Below, in pieces: positions 1-8,870 of a DNA stretch of 64,000 nt. The notes under the pieces were generated by a model. That model searched no databases. It saw only the letters and a list, made by a program, of their open reading frames with translations, and was not told the DNA's origin. This stretch comes from Paludibacter propionicigenes (lineage in GTDB: Bacteria; Bacteroidota; Bacteroidia; Bacteroidales; JAFGXI01). The stretch lies in assembly GCA_020721655.1 (NCBI GenBank), contig DYMG01000002.1, positions 829 to 64,828 on the forward strand, written 5' to 3'. Position 1 is the first letter of the stretch, and each line of letters starts with the position of its first letter. The position numbers were made by a program, and so were the translations under genes.

Positions 1-2
1 CG

Positions 3-407
3 AGTTTTTGGAGTTATAATTATGTTGTAAAATGGAATAATAGAAAAATTATTGAAGATGAGGTTTTTGTAAGAGATTTGAATGTTGAAGAAGAAGTTTT
101 AAATAAAGATGTTGTTGTAATGTTAATAACAGAAATGAATATTAAAATTTTAGATGAACTTTTCACTGAAAGATTTTCTAATTTATTTCAAGAAATTGCA
201 AAAAGAAAACCTCATGACACAAATATTTCATTTTCAAGTTCAGCTCAAAAATCAAATAATACAGACATTCAATCCCAAATTGAAAAAATCAAAAAAAATA
301 AAGAGTGGTTTGAAGGGGTGAAAAAACAAGCAAAAGAAAGAAAATTAACAGAAGATCAAATGTTGTACAATACCGCAGTTTATTGGATAAAATCTCAGAA
401 AAAATAA
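3..407 (+). CDS. 3' end of a CDS entering from upstream of the window; probable paralog of the next gene
   Basis: Frame 3 is open from nt 3, with no stop before the track's TTG at 78. The C-terminal segment WFEGVKKQAKERKLTEDQMLYNTAVYWIKSQ matches two segments of the next protein: WKSKLIEKAENKGVSLDSIMKLDAIWLIKNQ and WMKIINQKSKKNKISFYEQLYIDAKWILETD. Confidence 0.5.
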   Translation, partial: SFWSYNYVVKWNNRKIIEDEVFVRDLNVEEEVLNKDVVVMLITEMNIKILDELFTERFSNLFQEIAKRKPHDTNISFSSSAQKSNNTDIQSQIEKIKKNKEWFEGVKKQAKERKLTEDQMLYNTAVYWIKSQKK

Positions 408-416
408 TTCTTAAAA

Positions 417-1895
417 ATGAAAAATTCAATATTAAAACATATTATATTAACCACATTAGTGTTGTTACTTTTTATCCCATTAATACAAGAAAATTTTTCT
501 GTTTTTTCCATAAAACCATTAGAAGGAGCTTTTACTCCACTTCAAAAACCAGATTCATTGATGGAAAATTGGTTTTTGGGTAAATTTCAAGAAAAATACG
601 ACCCATATTTTAATGAGAATATTGGGTTCAGACCGTTCTTTATTAGACTCAATAATCAAATAGATTTTAGCCTATTTAGTAAACTTCATTCAAACGATTT
701 GTATTTAGGAAATAACGGATATTTATTCAGACCCAGCGAAAATTATTCCATAAATAACAATGATTATTTAGGCGAAAAAAAATTAATTGATTTTTGTGAA
801 AACTATAAAAGTATTTACGATTCATTATTAAACATTGGAAAACCTTTATTATATATTTTTGCCCCATCTAAAACTAATTTCTTAAAAGAATATATACCTG
901 AAAAATATTTGACAAAAAACTTTGAGGAAAATAAAAATTACATACACATCAAAAACTATTTTAAAGCCAATAATATTAAATTTATAGATTTTTATCATTA
1001 TTTCAATACAATTAAAAATACAAACACACCCCCTTTATATTCAAAAGGTGGTATTCATTGGACACAATATGGAGCAGCTATAGCATTAGATTCTATTAAT
1101 AAATTTATTAATTTAAACTACAATTTCACAAAAAATGACTTTAAAATTATTGGAGCAGAAAAAAAAGAAATATGGATTGAGGATAATGATATGAATAGAA
1201 TTTTAAACCTTATGTTTAAAAGAAATGAATTAAATTTATTATACCCTAAAATACATCAAACATCAAAACATAGATTGAAAGGTTTATTTATTACTGATAG
1301 TTATTATTTCGCATTAAGTTGGTCAAAATTAAATGATTATGTATTTGATAATGAGGAAACTCAGTATTGGTACTATCTAAAAAGTGTTAGACAAGCAAAT
1401 AAGACTTTCCCAATTGAAGATGTTGATATAAATTCCACAATAAACAAAACAGATGTAATCATAATTTTGGCAACTACAGCAAACCTTGGCAGACATCCTA
1501 TAGACTTCATTTCATTATTAAAATCTAATGGTAAGAGCTTAATTAATTTTACAGATGATGATATTTTAAACTACTATCAATTTAAAATTAAAGGAATAGT
1601 AAACGATATGAACAAAACTCCTATTTGGAAATCAAAATTAATTGAAAAAGCTGAAAATAAGGGAGTTTCTTTAGATTCAATAATGAAATTAGATGCAATT
1701 TGGTTAATTAAAAATCAAATAAAAAACAATACTAAAGAGTTAGAAATTTATAGAATTATTAAAAAAATTAATAAAGATTCTGATTGGATGAAAATAATAA
1801 ATCAAAAATCAAAAAAAAATAAAATTTCTTTTTACGAGCAATTATACATTGATGCAAAATGGATTTTAGAAACAGATAATAACAAACAACAATAA
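417..1895 (+). CDS. Membrane-anchored hypothetical protein, weakly AlgX/AlgJ (DHHW/SGNH-like) related
   Basis: 492-aa ORF with an N-terminal hydrophobic anchor (ILTTLVLLLFIPLI). The GGIHWTQYGAAIA segment resembles the D-x-H-W-T..GA motif of AlgJ/AlgX-type O-acetyltransferases, but the Asp is replaced by Gly. The C-terminus carries two copies of a ~30-aa W...A.W motif. Confidence 0.35.
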   Translation: MKNSILKHIILTTLVLLLFIPLIQENFSVFSIKPLEGAFTPLQKPDSLMENWFLGKFQEKYDPYFNENIGFRPFFIRLNNQIDFSLFSKLHSNDLYLGNNGYLFRPSENYSINNNDYLGEKKLIDFCENYKSIYDSLLNIGKPLLYIFAPSKTNFLKEYIPEKYLTKNFEENKNYIHIKNYFKANNIKFIDFYHYFNTIKNTNTPPLYSKGGIHWTQYGAAIALDSINKFINLNYNFTKNDFKIIGAEKKEIWIEDNDMNRILNLMFKRNELNLLYPKIHQTSKHRLKGLFITDSYYFALSWSKLNDYVFDNEETQYWYYLKSVRQANKTFPIEDVDINSTINKTDVIIILATTANLGRHPIDFISLLKSNGKSLINFTDDDILNYYQFKIKGIVNDMNKTPIWKSKLIEKAENKGVSLDSIMKLDAIWLIKNQIKNNTKELEIYRIIKKINKDSDWMKIINQKSKKNKISFYEQLYIDAKWILETDNNKQQ

Positions 1896-1912
1896 TAGCT
1901 TTAATTTTCGGC

Positions 1913-4198
1913 TTAAGGGTCAATTAATTCATCGCTAATATTTACATCTAACCAAATAAGTCTTGCTTTTAGCCACTTTTTCAATTCTTCAATATTTTTA
2001 TAATAATCTTTATTCTTATTCCAAATTTCGCTATTCTTTTCAACACTATTTTTAATTTCAAAAGCAAGCGAATCTATTAAATTATTAATATTCTCATCAG
2101 ATAATGTGCTTTGTCTCAATAACTTCCACCTACTAACTAATTTTCCCTTAAAAACTTCATCTTTTAGCAATTCAAACCACCACTTTGGAATGTATTTGGT
2201 AAGGTTTGTATCAGCATTAAAAACAAATCCTTCAACCAAATCTATTTTTGTATTATAGGTTTTTCCTAAACTTAAATCGAAATCCCAAATTGGACCAGCA
2301 AATATTTTTGAATTGTTTTCTAATTTATAAAAATATTGGCTCGTTCTATAAGCATCTACATTTTTAGTTAACTCATTAATAATAACATAATTAATAAAAG
2401 AGTCGAAATCAATTTTTGTTGAATCAGTAATATTTTCTTCTAGCGTATTAATATTATCTAAAACTATTTTTTTTGATTTGTAACTTATTTCGTTTGGCTT
2501 TGGATAATGAGTGTGATATAAAACATTACCATTATTTGATTTTGCTATTGATTCCCAATTATTATCCCCTGTCGCTTTGTCTATTTTAAAAATTAATTCG
2601 CAATTTTCGTCAATAAAATAATTTTCATCAATTTTTGGTATTAATACGTATATTCCTCCATATTTATTATTTATAATTAAATTAATGTACTTAAATTTTG
2701 GAGAAACTATTCCAATTGACTTGCCAATACTATAGGCTAATGTGTTCCTTACAAATGAATTGTCTATCCACGACGAGTATAAAACCCAGTTTTTTGTATC
2801 TAATATGTTAAATAAATCACTTTTTTTATTTGTAAAATTTTCGTCTATCAAAGAAAAGCCATACGATTTCTTTTTAAAAACACTTGATGAAGAGCCTCTT
2901 ATTTCTATAGACACTTTAAAATTTTCTATATTATTATTAAAATTTGATAATAAATCAGCATAAATTCTATCATCATCAATAATTACCTTATGTTTTGTAT
3001 CTATACTTAAAATTGGCAAAGAAGTATCAGTGAGTTGCACAGTATTTGTCTGATAATAAAATAATTTGTCATCAATTCTTTTAATGTTTTTTTCCTCAAC
3101 CACAAATTTGTAACTAGTAGTGTCTAATTGCAGTTCCATTTTTTCATTTTGTTTACCAACTAATTGAGATGTATTAGAAATACACTGGGTTACATCTATT
3201 TTCGAGTCATCAGAAATAATCATATCTGTTTTTTGGGAATTAAAAAAAATAGAATTTTCTATTTTTAAAAATCCACCTCCATTTTTAGTTTTATTGTACA
3301 AATTACAACCCGTTTCGCAACCAATAAGTTGAATTTTGTTTGCCAAAACCGACGATGAATCGGTTATACTAATCCCTATCTTTGCATTAACTACTATATT
3401 TCTATTTAAAACAATATTTCTTGATACTCCAAAACTTACAGCATCTGCAAAACTTTGGTCTCCACCAACCGAAATACCTTTATCTGAAGAGTTTGTTATA
3501 ACATTATCTTCAATACTTACATTTTCCGATGCATTTATATCTATAGCATCATCAAAACTATTTACAATATAGTTACCACATATTTTACTATTTTTTACGC
3601 GAGTAACCTCAATCATATCCATTAAATAATTTAGCTTATTATTATAAATTTCTGCCTTTCCTCCTATCTGAACAATGCCCTCTCCCACATAATTACCTGT
3701 GTAATTGGTTATTGTGTTATTTGCAACGTAAGAAATACAATTGTGCGAAAAAATTATTGGATATCCATCTTTAGGTCTATTGTGTGTAAAAATAAAATTG
3801 CAACTTGCAAGCAAATAATTGCTATTAAACGAGGTAAAAGCTCCGTTTAAAAATTCAACATTTCTAATTATTATGTTTTGTTTAGTTCTCAAAATTATTC
3901 TTCCCCAAGAACTAGAATCGCTTTCACTCCTTATTATAACCGGATTATTTTCACTTCCATCAATAATTAACTTACCATAAACAATAATATTTGTAGTATC
4001 ATTAACAATTATTTCTACACCTTTTTTTATAAGTAAAAACTGATTTGACGATACAATAAAATCGCTATCTACAATAAATGGCGAATTCTTTTTCGAAATA
4101 ATTATTGTATCTTTTAATTTATCATTTATGGCAAAAACAGAAAAACAAGTAAAAATAAACAATAAAGAAACCATATATTTTAACCTTGACTTTGGCAA
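1913..4198 (-). CDS. Secreted CotH-family protein with an N-terminal right-handed beta-helix region
   Basis: 761-aa ORF with a signal peptide (MVSLLFIFTCFSVFA). It contains PbH1-like repeats (ICGNYIVNSFDDAIDINASENVSIEDNVITNSSDKGISVGG, NRNIVVNAKIGISITD). The C-terminal half has CotH-type motifs (SFVRNTLAYSIG..., YINLIINNKYGGIYVL, NVDAYRTSQYFY, AGPIWDFDLSLG). Confidence 0.7.
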   Translation of the reverse strand: MPKSRLKYMVSLLFIFTCFSVFAINDKLKDTIIISKKNSPFIVDSDFIVSSNQFLLIKKGVEIIVNDTTNIIVYGKLIIDGSENNPVIIRSESDSSSWGRIILRTKQNIIIRNVEFLNGAFTSFNSNYLLASCNFIFTHNRPKDGYPIIFSHNCISYVANNTITNYTGNYVGEGIVQIGGKAEIYNNKLNYLMDMIEVTRVKNSKICGNYIVNSFDDAIDINASENVSIEDNVITNSSDKGISVGGDQSFADAVSFGVSRNIVLNRNIVVNAKIGISITDSSSVLANKIQLIGCETGCNLYNKTKNGGGFLKIENSIFFNSQKTDMIISDDSKIDVTQCISNTSQLVGKQNEKMELQLDTTSYKFVVEEKNIKRIDDKLFYYQTNTVQLTDTSLPILSIDTKHKVIIDDDRIYADLLSNFNNNIENFKVSIEIRGSSSSVFKKKSYGFSLIDENFTNKKSDLFNILDTKNWVLYSSWIDNSFVRNTLAYSIGKSIGIVSPKFKYINLIINNKYGGIYVLIPKIDENYFIDENCELIFKIDKATGDNNWESIAKSNNGNVLYHTHYPKPNEISYKSKKIVLDNINTLEENITDSTKIDFDSFINYVIINELTKNVDAYRTSQYFYKLENNSKIFAGPIWDFDLSLGKTYNTKIDLVEGFVFNADTNLTKYIPKWWFELLKDEVFKGKLVSRWKLLRQSTLSDENINNLIDSLAFEIKNSVEKNSEIWNKNKDYYKNIEELKKWLKARLIWLDVNISDELIDP

Positions 4199-4260
4199 AA
4201 TAATTTTATTTAATATTTATATTCAACAAATATAAATATTAAATTTTATTTTATTTTCGC

Positions 4261-4268
4261 TACTTTTG
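4261..4268 (+). promoter_or_regulatory. Bacteroidota-type -7 promoter box TACTTTTG
   Basis: Exact match to TAnnTTTG, 17 nt upstream of the ATG at 4285. Confidence 0.4.
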
Positions 4269-4284
4269 AATAAATTTTTAATTT

Positions 4285-4806
4285 ATGGAAACCTTATTTG
4301 AAGTATTAAAATATACCCTACCATCGTTGGTAGTTTTTGCCACATCGTATTTAATAATTAAAACATTTATTGAAAACGACCAAAAAAAACGAAAAATGGA
4401 ATTACGTATGGCTAATTTAAAAACCATAACCCCTGTAAAATTACAAGCCTACGAACGCCTCACTATTTTTCTAGAAAGAATTGCTCCAGAATCTATAATT
4501 ATACGAATAATGGAGCCAAATATGACCTCGGCACAACTGCAATCGTCTTTACTAAAAGTTATACGAGCCGAATTTGAACACAATGTTAGTCAACAAGTTT
4601 ATGTAAGCTCTCAAGCTTGGTCAGTAATAAAAACATCTAAAGAACAAACAATAAAACTAATTAACACAAGCATAGATAAGGTTGATAGAGATTCTCCAGC
4701 AATAAACCTAAGTAGAACTATTTTAGAAACAGTTATTTCTATGAAAAGTGCTCCCAATCAGGCGGCTATCGATTTTCTTAAAGGAGAAATTCAACAAATA
4801 TTTTAA
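4285..4806 (+). CDS. Hypothetical protein with an N-terminal transmembrane helix
   Basis: 173-aa ORF with one N-terminal hydrophobic helix (LPSLVVFATSYLIIKTFI). It is preceded by a -7 box. No recognisable catalytic motif. Confidence 0.5.
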   Translation: METLFEVLKYTLPSLVVFATSYLIIKTFIENDQKKRKMELRMANLKTITPVKLQAYERLTIFLERIAPESIIIRIMEPNMTSAQLQSSLLKVIRAEFEHNVSQQVYVSSQAWSVIKTSKEQTIKLINTSIDKVDRDSPAINLSRTILETVISMKSAPNQAAIDFLKGEIQQIF

Positions 4807-4915
4807 ACTGCAATTACTATAATTTCAGTTAATATTATATTGTTATATAACGTTTTATTTCCTCCTAACTTTGACAACGTAAAAAACTAAACCCTCGACA
4901 AAAGTCAATTGAAAA

Positions 4916-5704
4916 TTAGCTTTTAGAAATACCATTTAAACAAACAATATTATTTTCTTTAATTTTATTTTCTAATAATTTATAATTTTCCGAAACCCCA
5001 ACTTCCGAATAAACTTTTTTATGATACAAATGAAACACAATTGCCTTATTTTTAATCATCTTACGCTTCAAACCAATAGACAGCAAACGCCACTCAATAT
5101 CAACATCTTCGCCAACACCAGCTTTTACATAGTCCTCATCAAATCCATTTATTTGTAACAAATGTTCTTTTTTTACGCCCCAATTTCGCCCAACTAAACC
5201 CCTGTTTTTAAATGAAAGCGAAAAAAAACGCCAATAAATTGATTCCTTTACTTTTTTCGACTTTGTAAAAATTAAATTACTCCATTTAAGTTTTGTTAAA
5301 TCTTCATTTATTTTACAATATTCAGTAGTTTTCTCATCAAGCATAACGCTTCTTCCCGACAAAAAAACACCTTGTTTTAGCATCTTTTTATACGACCTAA
5401 CAAAATGTTTATGTGGAACACAATCTCCATCAATAAAAACAATATTATCTGATTTAGTAAGACTTACTCCCCTATTCAACATCAAATTTTTCCTAAACCC
5501 TAAATCTTCTTGCTGAAACAAATGATGTATTTTAAAACTGTATTTTTTCTCATTTTCAAATAAAAAAGATACCGTTTCTAAATTATTATCATCTTCCGAA
5601 ATAATAACATCAAAATCACTACAACTCTGTAAACTAAGTGCTTTTAGAATAAGTTTTAAATTATTTAAGGCTTTATAATAAGATATTATAACTGTAATAC
5701 TCAT
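4916..5704 (-). CDS. Family 2 glycosyltransferase
   Basis: 262 aa. N-terminal ITVIISYY...SLQS, an acidic SEDD motif, FIDGDC (DxD-like), and a C-terminal GFDEDY...GEDVD segment, all typical of the GT-A/GT2 fold. Confidence 0.7.
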   Translation of the reverse strand: MSITVIISYYKALNNLKLILKALSLQSCSDFDVIISEDDNNLETVSFLFENEKKYSFKIHHLFQQEDLGFRKNLMLNRGVSLTKSDNIVFIDGDCVPHKHFVRSYKKMLKQGVFLSGRSVMLDEKTTEYCKINEDLTKLKWSNLIFTKSKKVKESIYWRFFSLSFKNRGLVGRNWGVKKEHLLQINGFDEDYVKAGVGEDVDIEWRLLSIGLKRKMIKNKAIVFHLYHKKVYSEVGVSENYKLLENKIKENNIVCLNGISKS

Positions 5705-5799
5705 TCTGCAAAAGTATTATTTTAAATTATGTTTTTAACAACAATATTTTTTATGAAACAATTTAACAAAATTTTACACTTATTTAGAATGAATTTAAG

Positions 5800-5807
5800 T
5801 AACTTTG
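5800..5807 (+). promoter_or_regulatory. -7 promoter box TAACTTTG inside the track ORF's 5' extension
   Basis: Exact TAnnTTTG, 11 nt upstream of the in-frame ATG at 5819. This argues that the E1 gene starts at 5819 rather than 5729. Confidence 0.4.
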
Positions 5808-5818
5808 TAAAAAAAAAT

Positions 5819-8236
5819 ATGGATACCCCAGAAAATATATCATTTAACAATTTTAAGGAAGAAGTTTTAAACGATTTTAAACTTGCAAATTTATCTCGTC
5901 AGCTATCACTTTTAGGGAGAAAAGAAGTACTTTCGGGAAAAGCTAAATTTGGAATTTTTGGCGATGGCAAAGAAATAGCACAAATAGCTATGGCTAAGCA
6001 ATTTAAAAATGGCGATTGGCGTTCGGGATATTACCGCGACCAAACTTTTATGCTTGCTATTGGTGGTTTAACTCCTGTAGAATTTTTTTCTCAACTTTAT
6101 GGCGATATAAATATAGAAAACAATCCATCAAATGGCGGTCGTTCATTCAATAACCACTGGGGAACTCGTTTTATCGATGAAAACGGAAACTGGAAAGACA
6201 TCACAAAAAGTAAAAATACTTCTGCCGATATTTCGCCAACTGCCGGACAAATGCCTCGTTTATTAGGTTTAGCTTGGGCATCAAAACTTTTTAGAGAAAA
6301 CCCGGAACTTCATCAATTTTCTACATTAAGCAACAACGGAAACGAAGTAGCATTTGGCACAATTGGCGATGCTTCTACCTCAGAAGGACACTTCTGGGAA
6401 ACACTAAACGCAGCAGGTGTTCTTCAAGTTCCTTTGGCTATTTCCGTTTGGGACGATGGTTTTGGAATATCAGTACCTCGCTCTCTACAAACCATAAAAG
6501 ATAATATTTCGGAAGCCCTAAAAGGTTTTGAAAACACCGATAAAAAGAAAGGTTTCTACATTTATAAAGCTAAAGGTTGGGATTATGCTGGTTTAATAAA
6601 AATGTATAAAGACGGTATTGAAAAATGCAGAACCGAACACACGCCAGTGATTTTCCATATTTCAGACTTAACACAACCTCAAGGACATTCTACTTCTGGC
6701 TCTCACGAACGATACAAAACAGAAGAACGTTTAAACTTTGAAGCCGAATTTGATGCTATTGCTAAATTTTACGATTGGATTTTAGAAAAAAATATTGCGT
6801 CAAATTCAGAATTAGACAAAATTGTTGAATCATCAAAAATAGAAGCTCGCGAAGCTAAAAAAATAGCTTGGGAAAAATATATAAGCCCTATTTTAAAAGA
6901 AAAAGACTCGCTGATTAACATAGTTAAATCACGAAGTTGCAAATGTGTTCTTCAAGAAGAAGCCGACCAAGTTGATATTATTGCAAACAATTTAAGCAAA
7001 ATATTAAACCCAACAAGAAAAGATGTTTTTAGCAGTGCAAAAAAAATTATACGAAACGTTTGTTCTGGTTGTGGAAGCAAGCACACTTTACATATTCAGT
7101 TAAAAAATTGGCTGTCAGAAAATTACGACACAGTAGCCAACCAATATCACAAATATTTATATGTCGAAGATGAAACATCGGCTCTAAAAGTTGTACCAAT
7201 TGCTCCAATTTTCGATGAAAATAAAACAGTTGCCGGACGCGAAATTCTGCGAGATAATTTCAATATTCTTTTTCAAAAAAACCCTAAAATACTAACATTT
7301 GGCGAAGACACCGGTAAAATTGGAGGCGTAAACCAAAGTATGGAGGGAATGCAAGAAAAATACGGCGAACTCAGAGTTAGCGATACCGGAATTAGAGAAA
7401 CAACAATTCTAGGGCAAGGTATTGGTGTTGCTTTAAGAGGCTTACGCCCTTTAGTAGAAATTCAGTATTTCGACTATTTAATGTACGCCCTGCAAACTCT
7501 TAGCGACGACCTTGCCACAACACACTGGCGAACTGCTGGCGGACAAAAAGCTCCTGTTATTATAACAACTCGCGGGCACCGACTTGAAGGTATTTGGCAT
7601 TCAGGCTCACCATTAAGTATGGTAATAAATTCTATAAGAGGTGTTTATGTTTGTGTTCCAAGAAATATGACACAGGCTGCCGGTTTTTATAACACTCTTT
7701 TTCAAGCCGACGATTCGGCATTAGTTATAGAACCATTGAACGGATATCGTTTACACGAAAAATATCCAAAAAATATTGGCGAATATAGAATACCACTTGG
7801 CGTTCCAGAAATTTTAGAAACAGGTACCGATATTACTTTGGTTACTTATGGTTCTTGCGTTAGAATTGCTCAAGATGCTGTTGAACAACTTAAAAAATTC
7901 AATATTAGCGTAGAACTCATTGATGTTCAAACACTTTTACCTTTCGATACTAACAAAATTATTTTAGAAAGTGTTAAAAAAACAGGAAAAATATTGTTTT
8001 TTGATGAAGATGTTCCGAGCGGTGCTACTGCTTATATGATGCAAAAAGTTATTGAAGAACAAGAGGCTTATTATTATTTAGATAGCCAACCAAGAACTCT
8101 TTCAGCTCAAGAACACCGACCAGCTTATGCCACCGATGGCGATTATTTTTCAAACCCAAACGCCGAAAATGTTTTTGAAAGTATTTATCAAATAATGCAC
8201 AATAATAATCCTAAGAAATTTCCTGCTTTATATTGA
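5819..8236 (+). CDS. Fused alpha/beta E1 component of a 2-oxoacid dehydrogenase (transketolase-like)
   Basis: The track ORF is 5729..8236. The N-terminal half carries E1-alpha-like ThDP-binding motifs (GIFGDGKE, GTIGDASTSEGHFWE). The C-terminal half is E1-beta/transketolase-like (FGEDTGKIGGV, RVSDTGIRE, IQYFDYL, C-terminal domain ITLVTYGS...ELIDVQTLLPFD). The start was moved to MDTPEN on the promoter evidence. Confidence 0.8.
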   Translation: MDTPENISFNNFKEEVLNDFKLANLSRQLSLLGRKEVLSGKAKFGIFGDGKEIAQIAMAKQFKNGDWRSGYYRDQTFMLAIGGLTPVEFFSQLYGDINIENNPSNGGRSFNNHWGTRFIDENGNWKDITKSKNTSADISPTAGQMPRLLGLAWASKLFRENPELHQFSTLSNNGNEVAFGTIGDASTSEGHFWETLNAAGVLQVPLAISVWDDGFGISVPRSLQTIKDNISEALKGFENTDKKKGFYIYKAKGWDYAGLIKMYKDGIEKCRTEHTPVIFHISDLTQPQGHSTSGSHERYKTEERLNFEAEFDAIAKFYDWILEKNIASNSELDKIVESSKIEAREAKKIAWEKYISPILKEKDSLINIVKSRSCKCVLQEEADQVDIIANNLSKILNPTRKDVFSSAKKIIRNVCSGCGSKHTLHIQLKNWLSENYDTVANQYHKYLYVEDETSALKVVPIAPIFDENKTVAGREILRDNFNILFQKNPKILTFGEDTGKIGGVNQSMEGMQEKYGELRVSDTGIRETTILGQGIGVALRGLRPLVEIQYFDYLMYALQTLSDDLATTHWRTAGGQKAPVIITTRGHRLEGIWHSGSPLSMVINSIRGVYVCVPRNMTQAAGFYNTLFQADDSALVIEPLNGYRLHEKYPKNIGEYRIPLGVPEILETGTDITLVTYGSCVRIAQDAVEQLKKFNISVELIDVQTLLPFDTNKIILESVKKTGKILFFDEDVPSGATAYMMQKVIEEQEAYYYLDSQPRTLSAQEHRPAYATDGDYFSNPNAENVFESIYQIMHNNNPKKFPALY

Positions 8237-8384
8237 TACAGATAGCGGTATGAAACGTTGGGGATTTCGAAGCTATGAACCTATAAACAGATAAGAACCT
8301 TTCCCACGAGTGACATATTTTGCAAACCACTTAAACCTCAATGTTTTATGACTGCGTGTTACCAACTGGCTTTTTCGTTACCTA

Positions 8385-8555
8385 TTACACAATTTTTAAA
8401 CAAAAGTCTTTAATATGCATTCGATTAATTCCCTTATAGGTTGAAAATTCAGTCAATTCGTCCATTGTTACAACATATTTTGGAAAATTATCCGATATTT
8501 CAAGTAAATTTCCGTATTCTCGATTTATCGTTTCCTCATTTGTTAGCAAATAAGC
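8385..8555 (-). pseudogene. C-terminal remnant of a DUF4143-type AAA+ ATPase gene
   Basis: The minus-strand translation AYLLTNEETINREYGNLLEISDNFPKYVVTMDELTEFSTYKGINRMHIKDFCLKIV* matches the characteristic tail of Bacteroidota DUF4143 ATPases. No upstream ATPase domain is present, and the fragment runs into the antitoxin remnant in another frame. Confidence 0.55.
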
Positions 8556-8863
8556 AACTTGAACATATATTTTTTCTCCCTAAACCAACTTCTATTAATC
8601 TGTAAAGAGTTTAAAGTTGAATATCACTATGTCCGTTTTCAATTCTATAGATAAAACGTTTCTTTGTTCCTGTTTTTTCAGCAAGTTGTTCTTGTGTCAT
8701 TGAACAAAGTTTTCGTTCTTCTTTAATTATTTCACCAATTGCGAAAGACTTCGCTTTGAGTTCAAATTCAGTTCGTGTTTTTGAACCAATTTTGCCATAA
8801 CGATTTTCAAGATGTTCATCAAATGTTGTTATCGTTTTAATATTTGTTTCTTTTGCTTTTCAT
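8536..8863 (-). pseudogene. Disrupted XRE-family HTH antitoxin (HigA-like)
   Basis: The minus-strand frame reads KAKETNIKTITTFDEHLENRYGKIGSKTRTEFELKAKSFAIGEIIKEERKLCSMTQEQLAEKTGTKKRFIYRIENGHSDIQL*TLYRLIEVGLGRK. There is an in-frame TAA at 8611..8613 within the HTH domain. The ATG at 8863..8861 is out of frame by one A (ATGAAAA). The ORF track does not list it. Confidence 0.6.
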
Positions 8864-8870
8864 TGCTATT

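Noticed and set aside
383-583. 66-aa ORF overlapping the junction of the first two genes.
   Set aside because: It is out of frame with, and overlapped by, the 417..1895 gene, which has a proper N-terminal membrane anchor. It shows no independent support.
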